DNA of 64,000 nt from Clostridia bacterium (GTDB lineage Bacteria; Bacillota; Clostridia; Oscillospirales; JAAYXM01). The stretch spans positions 4,509 through 68,508 of the forward strand of contig JAFYQP010000016.1 in the NCBI GenBank assembly GCA_017559855.1, in the 5' to 3' direction. Shown in pieces: positions 10,719-21,223 of this stretch (its first letter is position 1; every line of letters starts with the position of its first letter). Made by a program: the position numbers and the translations under genes. Under the pieces are notes generated by a model. The model worked only from the letters and a program-made list of their open reading frames with translations. It was not told where the DNA came from and did no database searches.

Positions 10719-11567
10719 CTACATATCCTCTTTGTCGAATAACAGAGCCGCACCGGTAGCGGTTGCATACTCTGAATGTTCGGGAATTATAAAGTTAATA
10801 TCATAAAGTTTTGCCATAATGTCAAAAATCTCGTTCGCTTGGGGTACATGTGTCAGATTACCCGTAAGAACGACGTTTTTCGTCTGCTCTTTTCTACTTG
10901 CAAACATTGCCATAACGCCGATTGTCTGGAACACGAGATTTACAATGCCGAGTGCAAGGTCACCCTGACTTGCAACGTCGCTTATTTTACCGAAATTTGA
11001 CGCCGTTATATGTTGTGGCAGGTTTTTCATCTCGGTATTGCTTATATCCTGGATACTTAAGTCAACATTGCTTAAGTTGCCCTCTTTTGCGGTCTCCACC
11101 AAAACGTCAAAACTTCTCACGTTCAAAATTCTGTTTGAGAGACCGAGCAGTGTACCTCCGCCGACACCCGTACCGCCTAAATGACGGGCAGAGTTTCCTT
11201 CCGCGGCAACAAATGCGGTACCCGTGCCCATGCTTACGATAATTGCTTTTTCAAGTTTGCTTAAAAAGAGTCCACCTGCACCGATTGCATTAAATTCTTC
11301 AATTCGTTTAGTACTGATGCCAAACAAGTCCTCTGTAAGACACGAAGAGCCTACGCCTGTAACAACGACCTTATGAACGTCATCAATGCGAAGTCCGTTC
11401 TCACTTAAGAACTTGCCGAAAGCACCGTATAATGACGCTTTCGGATCGTTTGCCTTAACCAAAAGCGGCGAGAAAATCTCTCCGTTACGGTAGCCGATAA
11501 TTTTAGTTGTACTTCCGCCGATATCAATACCGATTATATTTTTCACGGTGGGATCATCCCTTTCCAA
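10719..11567 (-). CDS. coaW: Type II pantothenate kinase
   Basis: ASKHA-fold motifs are shared with staphylococcal CoaW: IGIDIGGSTTK, SMGTGTA, GGTGVGGGT, ITASNFG. Confidence 0.7.
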   Translation of the reverse strand: MERDDPTVKNIIGIDIGGSTTKIIGYRNGEIFSPLLVKANDPKASLYGAFGKFLSENGLRIDDVHKVVVTGVGSSCLTEDLFGISTKRIEEFNAIGAGGLFLSKLEKAIIVSMGTGTAFVAAEGNSARHLGGTGVGGGTLLGLSNRILNVRSFDVLVETAKEGNLSNVDLSIQDISNTEMKNLPQHITASNFGKISDVASQGDLALGIVNLVFQTIGVMAMFASRKEQTKNVVLTGNLTHVPQANEIFDIMAKLYDINFIIPEHSEYATATGAALLFDKEDM

Positions 11568-11628
11568 ATGACATAAAAACAGATACTATCATTTTACCTT
11601 ATTTTAATCAAAAAAGCAAGGCAAAATA

Positions 11629-11660
11629 TAAAAAAACAGAGTGAGAAAACTCACTCTGTT
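11629..11660 (-). terminator. Rho-independent terminator after murC
   Basis: A 9-bp stem cagagtgag/ctcactctg with a 4-nt loop is followed on the minus strand by a T-run. Confidence 0.8.
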
Positions 11661-11664
11661 TTAA

Positions 11665-13014
11665 CTACTCACAAAGCATTTTTGAAAGTTTGGTAATATC
11701 TCCTGCACCCATCACAAGAACAATATCGCCGGAAGATGCAATTCTCTTTATATCCTCGGCAATCTCTTCCATTGAATGTAAATTACCTGCACCGTCTATT
11801 TTGCTTGAGATAAGTTCGCTATTTACACCTTCAATAGGCTTTTCCCTTGCAGGAAAAACGTCTGCAACGTAAACCACGTCTGCAATCGAAAGTGTTTTTG
11901 CAAATTCCTCCGCCAAATCTCTTGTTCTTGTAAACGTATGGGGTTGGAATGCACAAATGATACGTTTAAAACCCATACTCTTCACGGATTCGAGTGTTGC
12001 CCGTACCTCGCTGGGATGATGTGCATAATCATCATAAATCAAAGCATCGTTATACTTACCCTTAAGTTCAAAACGACGTGATACCCCATCGTACTTTGAA
12101 AGTCCCGTTGCAATACATTTGGGAGATACGCCGAGGACAAGTGCGGAGGCAATCGCCGCAAGGGCGTTATATACGTTATGCTTTCCGTGTACCGCGAGGT
12201 TAATTTCCACAAGTTCTTCGTTATCTCTAAAGAGTGTAAACGATGTCCCTTCTTCGCCCTCTTTAATTCTCTTCGCACGAAGTTCACCGTTATCAATACC
12301 AAAGGATAGAGTTTTTCTGTCAATGCCTTCAACCGCTTTGCAGGTGTTATCGTCATCTGCATTGTAAATAACACATCCATCCTCCGGCACAAGTTCGCAG
12401 AATGTTCTGAAAGATTTAATAATCGCTTCAATATTGGGGAAATAGTCGAGATGATCTTCCTCTACGTTCAAAACTACTGCAATTGTGGGGACAAAACTCA
12501 AAAAGGAATCACAGTATTCACAAGCCTCAGCGATAAATAAATCACTTGTTGCAAGGCGTAAATTTCCACCGATTTTCGCAAGATTTGCACCGACCATAAC
12601 CTGCGGATCAAGACACGCCTCAAGAGCGATATAGGTACACATGGATGTGGTTGAAGTTTTTCCGTGAGTGCCTGAAATGCAAAGAGCATTCTTGTAGTCA
12701 CGCATAATCTCACCCCAAGCCTGTGCACGTTCAAAAACAGGAATGTTCTTGGCAAGCGCGGCTGCAATTTCAGGGTTATCGTCGTGAATCGCCGCAGTTC
12801 TAATTACTAAATCTGCATCATCCACGTTTTCCGCACGGTGACCTACACTTATTTTAATTCCAATACAGCGGAGACGCTCAATATGCTCTCCATCATTCAT
12901 ATCCGATCCGGTTACAACAAAACCTTTATAGTTAAGTGCTTCGGCAAGAGCAGACATTGACACTCCGCCAATTCCCGCAATGTGTATTTTCTTACTTGTA
13001 TCATTAAATATCAT
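11665..13014 (-). CDS. murC: UDP-N-acetylmuramate--L-alanine ligase
   Basis: N-terminal IHIAGIGGVSMSALA plus Mur ligase motifs GTHGKTSTTSM and DDYAHHP. Confidence 0.9.
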   Translation of the reverse strand: MIFNDTSKKIHIAGIGGVSMSALAEALNYKGFVVTGSDMNDGEHIERLRCIGIKISVGHRAENVDDADLVIRTAAIHDDNPEIAAALAKNIPVFERAQAWGEIMRDYKNALCISGTHGKTSTTSMCTYIALEACLDPQVMVGANLAKIGGNLRLATSDLFIAEACEYCDSFLSFVPTIAVVLNVEEDHLDYFPNIEAIIKSFRTFCELVPEDGCVIYNADDDNTCKAVEGIDRKTLSFGIDNGELRAKRIKEGEEGTSFTLFRDNEELVEINLAVHGKHNVYNALAAIASALVLGVSPKCIATGLSKYDGVSRRFELKGKYNDALIYDDYAHHPSEVRATLESVKSMGFKRIICAFQPHTFTRTRDLAEEFAKTLSIADVVYVADVFPAREKPIEGVNSELISSKIDGAGNLHSMEEIAEDIKRIASSGDIVLVMGAGDITKLSKMLCE

Positions 13015-13149
13015 AATATTTCCCCCTAATGGTGCAAATAAAAAAGCATGTATAATACAGCCATAAATGGCAACAATATTTCTATCTTATTCTATTATAT
13101 TCTTTTTTAATCATACTGTCTATACTTTTTTGCATAAAGGAGAGAAAAA

Positions 13150-13419
13150 ATGGAAATTACAGACATCAAAATTCGCAAAATACTTGACACAACAAAAATG
13201 CGTGCAATAGTATCGGTTACCTTTGACAATTCACTTGCGGTGCACGATATAAAGGTTATTGAAAGTCAGGATAAACTTTTCCTTGCCATGCCGTCGAGAC
13301 AGTTACCTAACGGAAGTTTTGCGGATATTACACATCCTACAAGTTCTACTCTCAGAAGCGAACTTGAAGAAAAAGTAATATGTGAGTATCTGAAGGTAAA
13401 AAATACTCCGGTTGTATAA
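13150..13419 (+). CDS. spoVG: Septation/sporulation regulator SpoVG
   Basis: MEITDIKIRKI...RAIVSVTFDNSLAVHDIKVIE is the SpoVG signature. A GGAG ribosome-binding site lies upstream. Confidence 0.9.
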   Translation: MEITDIKIRKILDTTKMRAIVSVTFDNSLAVHDIKVIESQDKLFLAMPSRQLPNGSFADITHPTSSTLRSELEEKVICEYLKVKNTPVV

Positions 13420-13472
13420 TAAGCACTTGAATTTTTATAAGGATTATATTATCATTTACTATATGGTGGTGA

Positions 13473-14108
13473 ATGATTATGACAATGAAAGAAAGAGTTT
13501 CCGGCGTAATATCCGAACTTGCCAAATTATACCCCGATGCCGAATGTTCGCTTAAATACGAACACGCATATCAACTTCTGTTTTCCACACGTCTTGCAGC
13601 ACAATGTACCGACGCCCGTGTCAATATAGTGGCAAAGGAACTTTACACAAAGTTCCCTACTCTTGAAGCATTCGCAGAGTGTGATATAGAAGACCTAGAG
13701 GCTGTAGTTCATCCCTGCGGTTTGTATCGCACTAAAGCACGTGATTTAAAAGCATGTGCAAAGGTTCTTATCGAACGTTTTGATGGCATAGTACCGGACA
13801 CGATGGAAGAACTTCTAACCCTTCCCGGAATCGGCAGAAAAACCGCCAGTCTCATTTTAGGTGACGTATACGGCAAACCTGCTGTGGTTACCGATACTCA
13901 TTGCATCAGACTTTCCAACCGAATCGGCTTTGCAAACTCCAAAGTTCCCGTTCAGGTTGAACGGGAACTTACAAAAATCATCCCACCTGAGGAACAGGCA
14001 CTTCTTTGCCATAGATTTGTTTATCACGGACGTGCGGTTTGTACCGCACGTAACCCTAAGTGCAACGAATGCACACTCGCAACCTACTGCAAGTCATCAA
14101 AGGAGTAA
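13473..14108 (+). CDS. nth: Endonuclease III (HhH-GPD, 4Fe-4S)
   Basis: HhH motif LPGIGRKTA plus a C-terminal Cys cluster C..x..C..C..x..C. Confidence 0.9.
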   Translation: MIMTMKERVSGVISELAKLYPDAECSLKYEHAYQLLFSTRLAAQCTDARVNIVAKELYTKFPTLEAFAECDIEDLEAVVHPCGLYRTKARDLKACAKVLIERFDGIVPDTMEELLTLPGIGRKTASLILGDVYGKPAVVTDTHCIRLSNRIGFANSKVPVQVERELTKIIPPEEQALLCHRFVYHGRAVCTARNPKCNECTLATYCKSSKE

Positions 14109-14113
14109 TACAT

Positions 14114-14995
14114 ATGGATTCTCTCGACCTTCTGATGTTTAAAAGTGAACATACATTTAGTAATGAGGCGTTTCCTTTTATGATGTTTCGCACGCTTGGA
14201 GAAACACACCAGACAATGCACTCTCATGACTACGTGCAGATGTGGTATGTCAAAAACGGAAGTTGTCATCATTATTTCAACGGTTCGGACTTTGAACTTT
14301 CAAAAGGCAATTTATTTATAGTACCACCATATATGGAACACTATTTGGAAAGTACAAATCCCGACTGTGAACTTATAACTTGTGAATTCAGCGAAGAATT
14401 TATGCGTATCGCCGAAAAGGACGATGCGGAGCATCTGTTTGACATCGTCTATCTTGAGCCGATTCTGATTCACTGTAAGTCTTTAAAGCCATCGCTGTAT
14501 TTTACAGGAACTGCAGCGAAAGATTTAGAGTCGCTGTTTAATGAACTTGAACGTGAATACAACGCACAGGATACTTTTTATTCAACCATTATTCGCGCAA
14601 ACGTTTTACGCCTACTTACTCTCATTGCCCGTCAGTATGACGAGTTGAACAATTTGACAAGAAACGAGATGTTCTCCCGCTACAGAAACGCAATAAATCA
14701 GGCGTTGCAATACATCAATGAGCATTATTGTGAAAAGATATATCTAGACGACGTTTGTCGTATATCCCTTATGTCGCCAAGTGCGTTTTCATCGATTTTT
14801 AAACACATTACAGGAACCACTTTCACGGAATATTTGCTTCGCCTCAGGGTATCAAAAGCCCGTGATTTGATGATAAACACCACGCGACCAATTACCGATA
14901 TTTGTTTTGAATGTGGTTTCAATGACCCTGCATACTTCCATCGTGCATTCAAAAAAATTACCGGTGCATCTCCCGGAAAATACAGAAAAAACTAG
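14114..14995 (+). CDS. AraC family transcriptional regulator (cupin sensor plus HTH)
   Basis: The C-terminal AraC HTH reads FSSIFKHITGTTFTEYLLRLRVSKARDLM...GFNDPAYFHRAFKK. I chose the start at ATG 14114 behind AGGAG, because the track ORF start 14060 overlaps nth. Confidence 0.8.
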   Translation: MDSLDLLMFKSEHTFSNEAFPFMMFRTLGETHQTMHSHDYVQMWYVKNGSCHHYFNGSDFELSKGNLFIVPPYMEHYLESTNPDCELITCEFSEEFMRIAEKDDAEHLFDIVYLEPILIHCKSLKPSLYFTGTAAKDLESLFNELEREYNAQDTFYSTIIRANVLRLLTLIARQYDELNNLTRNEMFSRYRNAINQALQYINEHYCEKIYLDDVCRISLMSPSAFSSIFKHITGTTFTEYLLRLRVSKARDLMINTTRPITDICFECGFNDPAYFHRAFKKITGASPGKYRKN

Positions 14996-15030
14996 AAAAA
15001 CTGCGGTGCCATCAGCACCGCAGTTTTTTG
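14996..15030. terminator. Bidirectional terminator between the AraC regulator and galM
   Basis: Stem ctgcggtgc/gcaccgcag is flanked by an A-run and a T-run. Confidence 0.8.
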
Positions 15031-16062
15031 TTATACCGCAAATTCGTATACTGTTTTATGGTGATACTTTTCGCCTTTTTTGAGTATCGGTTGTTTTACC
15101 TGCGGACATTTAAGCGCATTAGGACAATAATTGGTTTCAAGACAGAAGCCCTCACGTGCCATATAAGCACGACCTAATTTTCCTTCAACCTCGTGTGTAT
15201 GAAGGAAATTACCGGAATAGAAAAGTATGCCGGGCATATCGGTATATACACGCATAATGCGTCCACTCTCTGGTGCTTTAATACTTGCGGCAAGTACGAA
15301 ATCTTTACCGTCCTGCAAGAAGTAATTATGGTCATATCCTCCGGCAAGTTTAATCTGCGGACAATCTGCATCAATATCACTACCTACAATTTTCGGCTCT
15401 TTAAAGTTCATCGTGCCGACCGCAGGACGCTTCTCACCCGTTACCATACCGTTATCAGCAAGAGGATAATATTCATCCGAGTTAATTGTGAGTTCGTGCG
15501 AGCAGATATCTCCCGTTACATTCAGGTTAAAATATGAGTGATTGATCAGGTTAATCGGTGTTGTTTTATCACATTCCGCAAAATATTCTATGTTAAGGCG
15601 GTTTTCGGCATCAAAATCATACTTTACCGTAATTTCTATATTGCCCGGAAATCCGTCCTCGCCATCTGGTAAAACGGTTTTCATTATTACCGTATCGCCA
15701 CATACTTCCGCATCAAAAAGTTTTGAGTCAAGGCCGATTTCACCGCCGTGCAACATATGCTGACCATTATAATTGGGTTTGAGTATGTATTCAACACCTT
15801 CAAGTGTGAATCTTGCGTCCTCGATTCTGTTTGCAACTCGACCGACCGTTGCACCGTGATATGCACCCTTGGTAAGGTATTTTGCACCATCGGTATAACC
15901 TAAAACCACATCGCCGAGGTTGCCGTTTTTATCCGGCACAACAACCGACACAATTGAAGCACCGACGTTGGTTACCGCAGCATAGGCACCTGTTCCGTTT
16001 TCAAGTATAAAAAGCGTTGCTTCACGCCCATCAGGGAGTTTTCCGAAATTTTTAATTTGCAT
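15031..16062 (-). CDS. galM: Aldose 1-epimerase (galactose mutarotase)
   Basis: Mutarotase motifs are present: GRVANRI, HGG, NHSYFNL, ETQ-like CLETN. The start is taken at ATG 16062 behind GGAGG. Confidence 0.85.
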   Translation of the reverse strand: MQIKNFGKLPDGREATLFILENGTGAYAAVTNVGASIVSVVVPDKNGNLGDVVLGYTDGAKYLTKGAYHGATVGRVANRIEDARFTLEGVEYILKPNYNGQHMLHGGEIGLDSKLFDAEVCGDTVIMKTVLPDGEDGFPGNIEITVKYDFDAENRLNIEYFAECDKTTPINLINHSYFNLNVTGDICSHELTINSDEYYPLADNGMVTGEKRPAVGTMNFKEPKIVGSDIDADCPQIKLAGGYDHNYFLQDGKDFVLAASIKAPESGRIMRVYTDMPGILFYSGNFLHTHEVEGKLGRAYMAREGFCLETNYCPNALKCPQVKQPILKKGEKYHHKTVYEFAV

Positions 16063-16104
16063 AAACTTACCTCCTATTCTATTTACTATTTTACCGCTTT
16101 TTTG

Positions 16105-16133
16105 TTGCGTATTCAAGAGGAATATTGTATAAT
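16105..16133 (+). promoter_or_regulatory. SigmaA-type promoter TTGCGT-17-TATAAT upstream of the thioesterase gene
   Basis: The hexamers were read directly, with 17-nt spacing. It overlaps the TTG start used by the ORF track. Confidence 0.5.
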
Positions 16134-16154
16134 AATATCAGAATTTATTATGAG

Positions 16155-16892
16155 GTGATTTTTCTGCGTAATTTTATAAAAACATATGAGGTTGGTGCCG
16201 GTGAAGGTGACCGTTTTGATTTATGTAAAACCTCGGCACTGCTGAATTTTATGCAGGATGCCGCCACCCGTCATTCCGAAATCATGGGCATTTCCCGCGA
16301 TGTCCTTATTACAAAATATCGCACCATATGGATACTTGCACGTTGTCTTATAAAACTCAACCGTCCGATCCGCACCTACGAAAACCTGCAAATCGAAACC
16401 TGGCATCGCGGTTTTCAAGGGCCGCTTTGGTATCGTGATTTCGAGTTTAAAATTGATGGTGAAACAGTCGGATATGCCACAAACGTATGGGTTACCGCAG
16501 ATGCGGTTACACATAAGATGAAGCGTCCCGAAGGATTTGAGGAGATAAACACGCTATCCGCCGCTCCCGACCGCTCTCTCGGAATTACGCTGGGAAAAAT
16601 CAAAACCCCTGATGATTTAAACACCGTTTGTGAGCGGATTGTACGCTTTAGTGACCTAGACGTAAACCAACATTTAAACAATGCAAAATACGGCGATTTG
16701 GTTTGCGATGCAGTACTTTTTAGTGCAGAAAAACCCTGTTATTTTTCCTCACTTCAAATAAACTATAACAATGAGTCATTAATCGGCGAGAAAATATTGC
16801 TTAAAGTTAATGATTCCCATACTTTTGTGACAGGGGTTGCCGATAGCGGCGACTGTAAATTTACCGCTGAATTTACTTTGAATTTTTCTTGA
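16155..16892 (+). CDS. Acyl-[acyl-carrier-protein] thioesterase
   Basis: Its double hotdog matches the FatA/B-like family (LLNFMQDAATRHS..., DLDVNQHLNNAKY). The start is uncertain: GTG 16155 or a non-canonical codon after GAGGTG. Confidence 0.7.
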   Translation: MIFLRNFIKTYEVGAGEGDRFDLCKTSALLNFMQDAATRHSEIMGISRDVLITKYRTIWILARCLIKLNRPIRTYENLQIETWHRGFQGPLWYRDFEFKIDGETVGYATNVWVTADAVTHKMKRPEGFEEINTLSAAPDRSLGITLGKIKTPDDLNTVCERIVRFSDLDVNQHLNNAKYGDLVCDAVLFSAEKPCYFSSLQINYNNESLIGEKILLKVNDSHTFVTGVADSGDCKFTAEFTLNFS

Positions 16893-16917
16893 CATTGCAG
16901 CATTTAAAGTGTATTAT
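16889..16917 (+). promoter_or_regulatory. SigmaA-type promoter TTGACA-17-TATTAT for guaB
   Basis: A consensus -35 and a near-consensus -10 lie about 60 nt upstream of the guaB ATG. Confidence 0.55.
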
Positions 16918-16941
16918 ATAGTTTAATAAAAATTTTTTTAA

Positions 16942-18438
<1,497 letters not shown>

Positions 18439-18489
18439 TCAAAAAGCCGTGGAGCGTTTGCTCTGCGGCTTTATTTTTGAGGTGATAAT

Positions 18490-19236
18490 ATGACGATGGT
18501 ATTGCTCACCGCCATTGGTGTTGGCGGTGCTACCCTATTGGGTGCAATAATCGGTTTTTTATTCAAGAATATTTCACACAAGTTCAATGATATCGTTATT
18601 TCCTTTGCCGCAGGCATTATGCTCGCCGCCGCAGTGCTTGGTCTTGTTATCCCGTCGGTTGAATACGGGAATATATGGGTTACTGTTATCGGTATTTTTT
18701 GTGGTGCAGTGTGTTTAAGTCTTATCGACAAGTTTACACCTCACATGCACAAACTTGTCGGAAGTGACACGGAAAGTCATCCTAAGTCTGAAAATCTAAG
18801 CAAAGTACTTCTCTTCGTTACGGCAATCGCTATACACAATTTCCCTGAAGGAATTGCAGCAGGTGTTGGTTTTGGCTCCGAAAATCCCTCCGATGCCTTT
18901 CTTATTGCAGGAGGTATTGCATTACAAAACCTACCCGAAGGTATGGTTATAATTGCACCCATGCTTGCAGCAGGTGTTTCCGGCAAACGAACCTTTTTAT
19001 GTGCACTTGCAACCGGATTGGTTGAAGTTGTGGGAACACTGTTAGGATATGTCGCCGTAAGTGTTGCAAGTGTAATTCTCCCCTTCGCACTCGCATTCGC
19101 AGGTGGGACAATGCTTTACGTTATAAGTGATGAAATGATTCCTGAGACTCACGCACACGGATATTCGCGTGGTGCAACTTACGCTTTACTTGCAGGTTTT
19201 TGTCTCATGATGATTTTCGATGTGTTTTTAGGTTAA
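18490..19236 (+). CDS. ZIP family metal (zinc) transporter
   Basis: A multi-TM protein with HNFPEG and LQNLPEG motifs typical of ZupT-like ZIP proteins. Confidence 0.85.
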   Translation: MTMVLLTAIGVGGATLLGAIIGFLFKNISHKFNDIVISFAAGIMLAAAVLGLVIPSVEYGNIWVTVIGIFCGAVCLSLIDKFTPHMHKLVGSDTESHPKSENLSKVLLFVTAIAIHNFPEGIAAGVGFGSENPSDAFLIAGGIALQNLPEGMVIIAPMLAAGVSGKRTFLCALATGLVEVVGTLLGYVAVSVASVILPFALAFAGGTMLYVISDEMIPETHAHGYSRGATYALLAGFCLMMIFDVFLG

Positions 19237-19269
19237 AAAAAAGAGAGGTCTGCGACCTCTCTTTTTTTA
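19235..19269. terminator. Bidirectional terminator between the ZIP transporter and rnj
   Basis: Stem agagaggtc/gacctctct is flanked by an A-run and a T-run. Confidence 0.8.
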
Positions 19270-20934
19270 TTTTTCATCAAGTTCCATAATGATAGGTAAA
19301 ATCATAGGTTTGCGCTTAGTTTTCTGGAACAAGAAATCAGACAACTTACTCTTTAATGTTGTCTTTATTGTTGACCAATCGCAATATCTGCTCTTTGTGC
19401 AGTCTTTTACTATTTTTATGGAAAGTTGTTTTAACTCCTCCATCAAATCTTCCGCCTCTTTTACATAAATAAAGCCACGGGAGATAATATCCGGTCCTGC
19501 AATAACCTTTCCGTTTTTGTCATCCAAAGTCATAACAATTGTAATAAGACCATCCTCTGCAAGGTGTTTTCTGTCACGGAGAACCACGCTTCCAACGTCT
19601 CCTACACCAAGACCGTCAACAAGCACTCTGCCGCACGGCACGGTACCCGTTAATTTTGCAGATTTTTCACCGATTTCAAACACACGACCAACGTCACTTA
19701 TAAATACGTTTTTAGCCGCAACGCCCATTTGTTTTGCAAGTTCGCAATGTTTTTGCATATGGCGATACTCACCGTGAATTGGCACGAAGTACTTAGGTTG
19801 TGTAAGTGCAAGCATAAGTTTCAACTCTTCACGACAAGCGTGACCGGAAACGTGAACGTCTGCCAACTTTTCATAAATTACCTCTGCACCTTTACGGAAA
19901 AGTTCATTTATAACCGTGCTTATGCCCTTCTCGTTACCCGGAATGGGAGATGCTGAAATAATTACTCTATCACCCGGCATAATCTCAATCTTCTTGTGTC
20001 CGTTGAAAGCAATACGGTAAAGGGCACTCATTGTCTCGCCCTGACTGCCGGTGGTTATAATACAAACCTTGTGTTTCGGATATTTAGACAGCATATTGAT
20101 ATCAATAAGCACATCGTTGGGTACATCCAAGTATCCCAGATTCTGTGCAACACCCATTATATTTTCCATACTACGGCCTGAAATTGCAACCTTTCTGCCG
20201 TATTTGTGTGCAGAATTTATAATCTGTTGAACACGATGAACGTTGGATGCAAAAGTAGTAACTATAATGCGTGAGCGGCAATCCTTAAACAGAGAATCAA
20301 ATGTCTCGCCTACCGTGCGCTCACTTAAAGTGTAACCCGGATGCTCGACGTTTGTGGACTCGCCAAAAAGTGCAAGAACACCGCTTTTTCCCAACTCACC
20401 CAGTCGGGCAATATCCATCATTTTGCCCTGAATGGGTGTGGTATCAAGTTTATAGTCTCCCGTGTGAATAACTGTGCCAAGAGGGGTTGTAATTGCAAGT
20501 GCAACCGCATCTGCAATCGAGTGGTTAACATGGATGAACTCCACCTTAAAGTTGCCCATACGCACGGTATCACCTGCGGCAACTATTTTGATTTTTGTTT
20601 TAGAAAGCAAAGTATGCTCCTCAAGTTTTGTAGATACGATACCTGCTGTAAGTTTGGTTGCGTATACGGGTACGTTTATTTCCTTTAACACATACGGCAA
20701 TGAACCAATATGGTCCTCGTGTGCATGGGTTAAAACTATACCTCGTACACGCTTCTTGTTTTTAATAAGATAGGTTATGTCGGGAATAACAAGATCAACG
20801 CCCAACATTTCATCATCCGGGAACGCAAGTCCCGCATCGACAACGATGATTTCACCCGCATATTCATACAAGTACATATTTTTGCCGATTTCATTAAGAC
20901 CGCCAAGTGCGATCATTTTAAGTTTTTTTGACAT
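19267..20934 (-). CDS. rnj: Ribonuclease J
   Basis: Metallo-beta-lactamase motif HAHEDHIG, beta-CASP and a C-terminal domain. The 555-aa length is typical of RNase J. Confidence 0.9.
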   Translation of the reverse strand: MSKKLKMIALGGLNEIGKNMYLYEYAGEIIVVDAGLAFPDDEMLGVDLVIPDITYLIKNKKRVRGIVLTHAHEDHIGSLPYVLKEINVPVYATKLTAGIVSTKLEEHTLLSKTKIKIVAAGDTVRMGNFKVEFIHVNHSIADAVALAITTPLGTVIHTGDYKLDTTPIQGKMMDIARLGELGKSGVLALFGESTNVEHPGYTLSERTVGETFDSLFKDCRSRIIVTTFASNVHRVQQIINSAHKYGRKVAISGRSMENIMGVAQNLGYLDVPNDVLIDINMLSKYPKHKVCIITTGSQGETMSALYRIAFNGHKKIEIMPGDRVIISASPIPGNEKGISTVINELFRKGAEVIYEKLADVHVSGHACREELKLMLALTQPKYFVPIHGEYRHMQKHCELAKQMGVAAKNVFISDVGRVFEIGEKSAKLTGTVPCGRVLVDGLGVGDVGSVVLRDRKHLAEDGLITIVMTLDDKNGKVIAGPDIISRGFIYVKEAEDLMEELKQLSIKIVKDCTKSRYCDWSTIKTTLKSKLSDFLFQKTKRKPMILPIIMELDEK

Positions 20935-21145
20935 AACTTTAAATCACTTCTCCAATTCTGAAATTTATGTATTTTGGCACAACTAAACAGGCATTACCAA
21001 AATGATAATACCGAAATATTCACTTTTTAAATCCGATGCAATACACAAAGTGTATTATAATTATATTTATTATATCACAAAATTATCCATTTGTATACAC
21101 CCTTTTTATTCTATCCCGAAACAGAGTCTGTCATCCGCCTTTTCG

Positions 21146-21174
21146 TTGACAAAAAATAGCAAAAATACTATAAT
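21146..21174 (+). promoter_or_regulatory. Consensus sigmaA promoter TTGACA-17-TATAAT for tex
   Basis: Both hexamers are perfect with 17-nt spacing, about 50 nt upstream of ATG 21224. Confidence 0.65.
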
Positions 21175-21223
21175 AGATATGTCTCCAAAGGTCAGAGACA
21201 TTTACTTGGAAAGGACAGTTTTT

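Noticed and set aside
21002-21223. A 74-codon N-terminal extension of tex in the ORF track.
   Set aside because: It is very AT-rich and contains the consensus TTGACA-17-TATAAT promoter. The conserved Tex sequence begins at ATG 21224.
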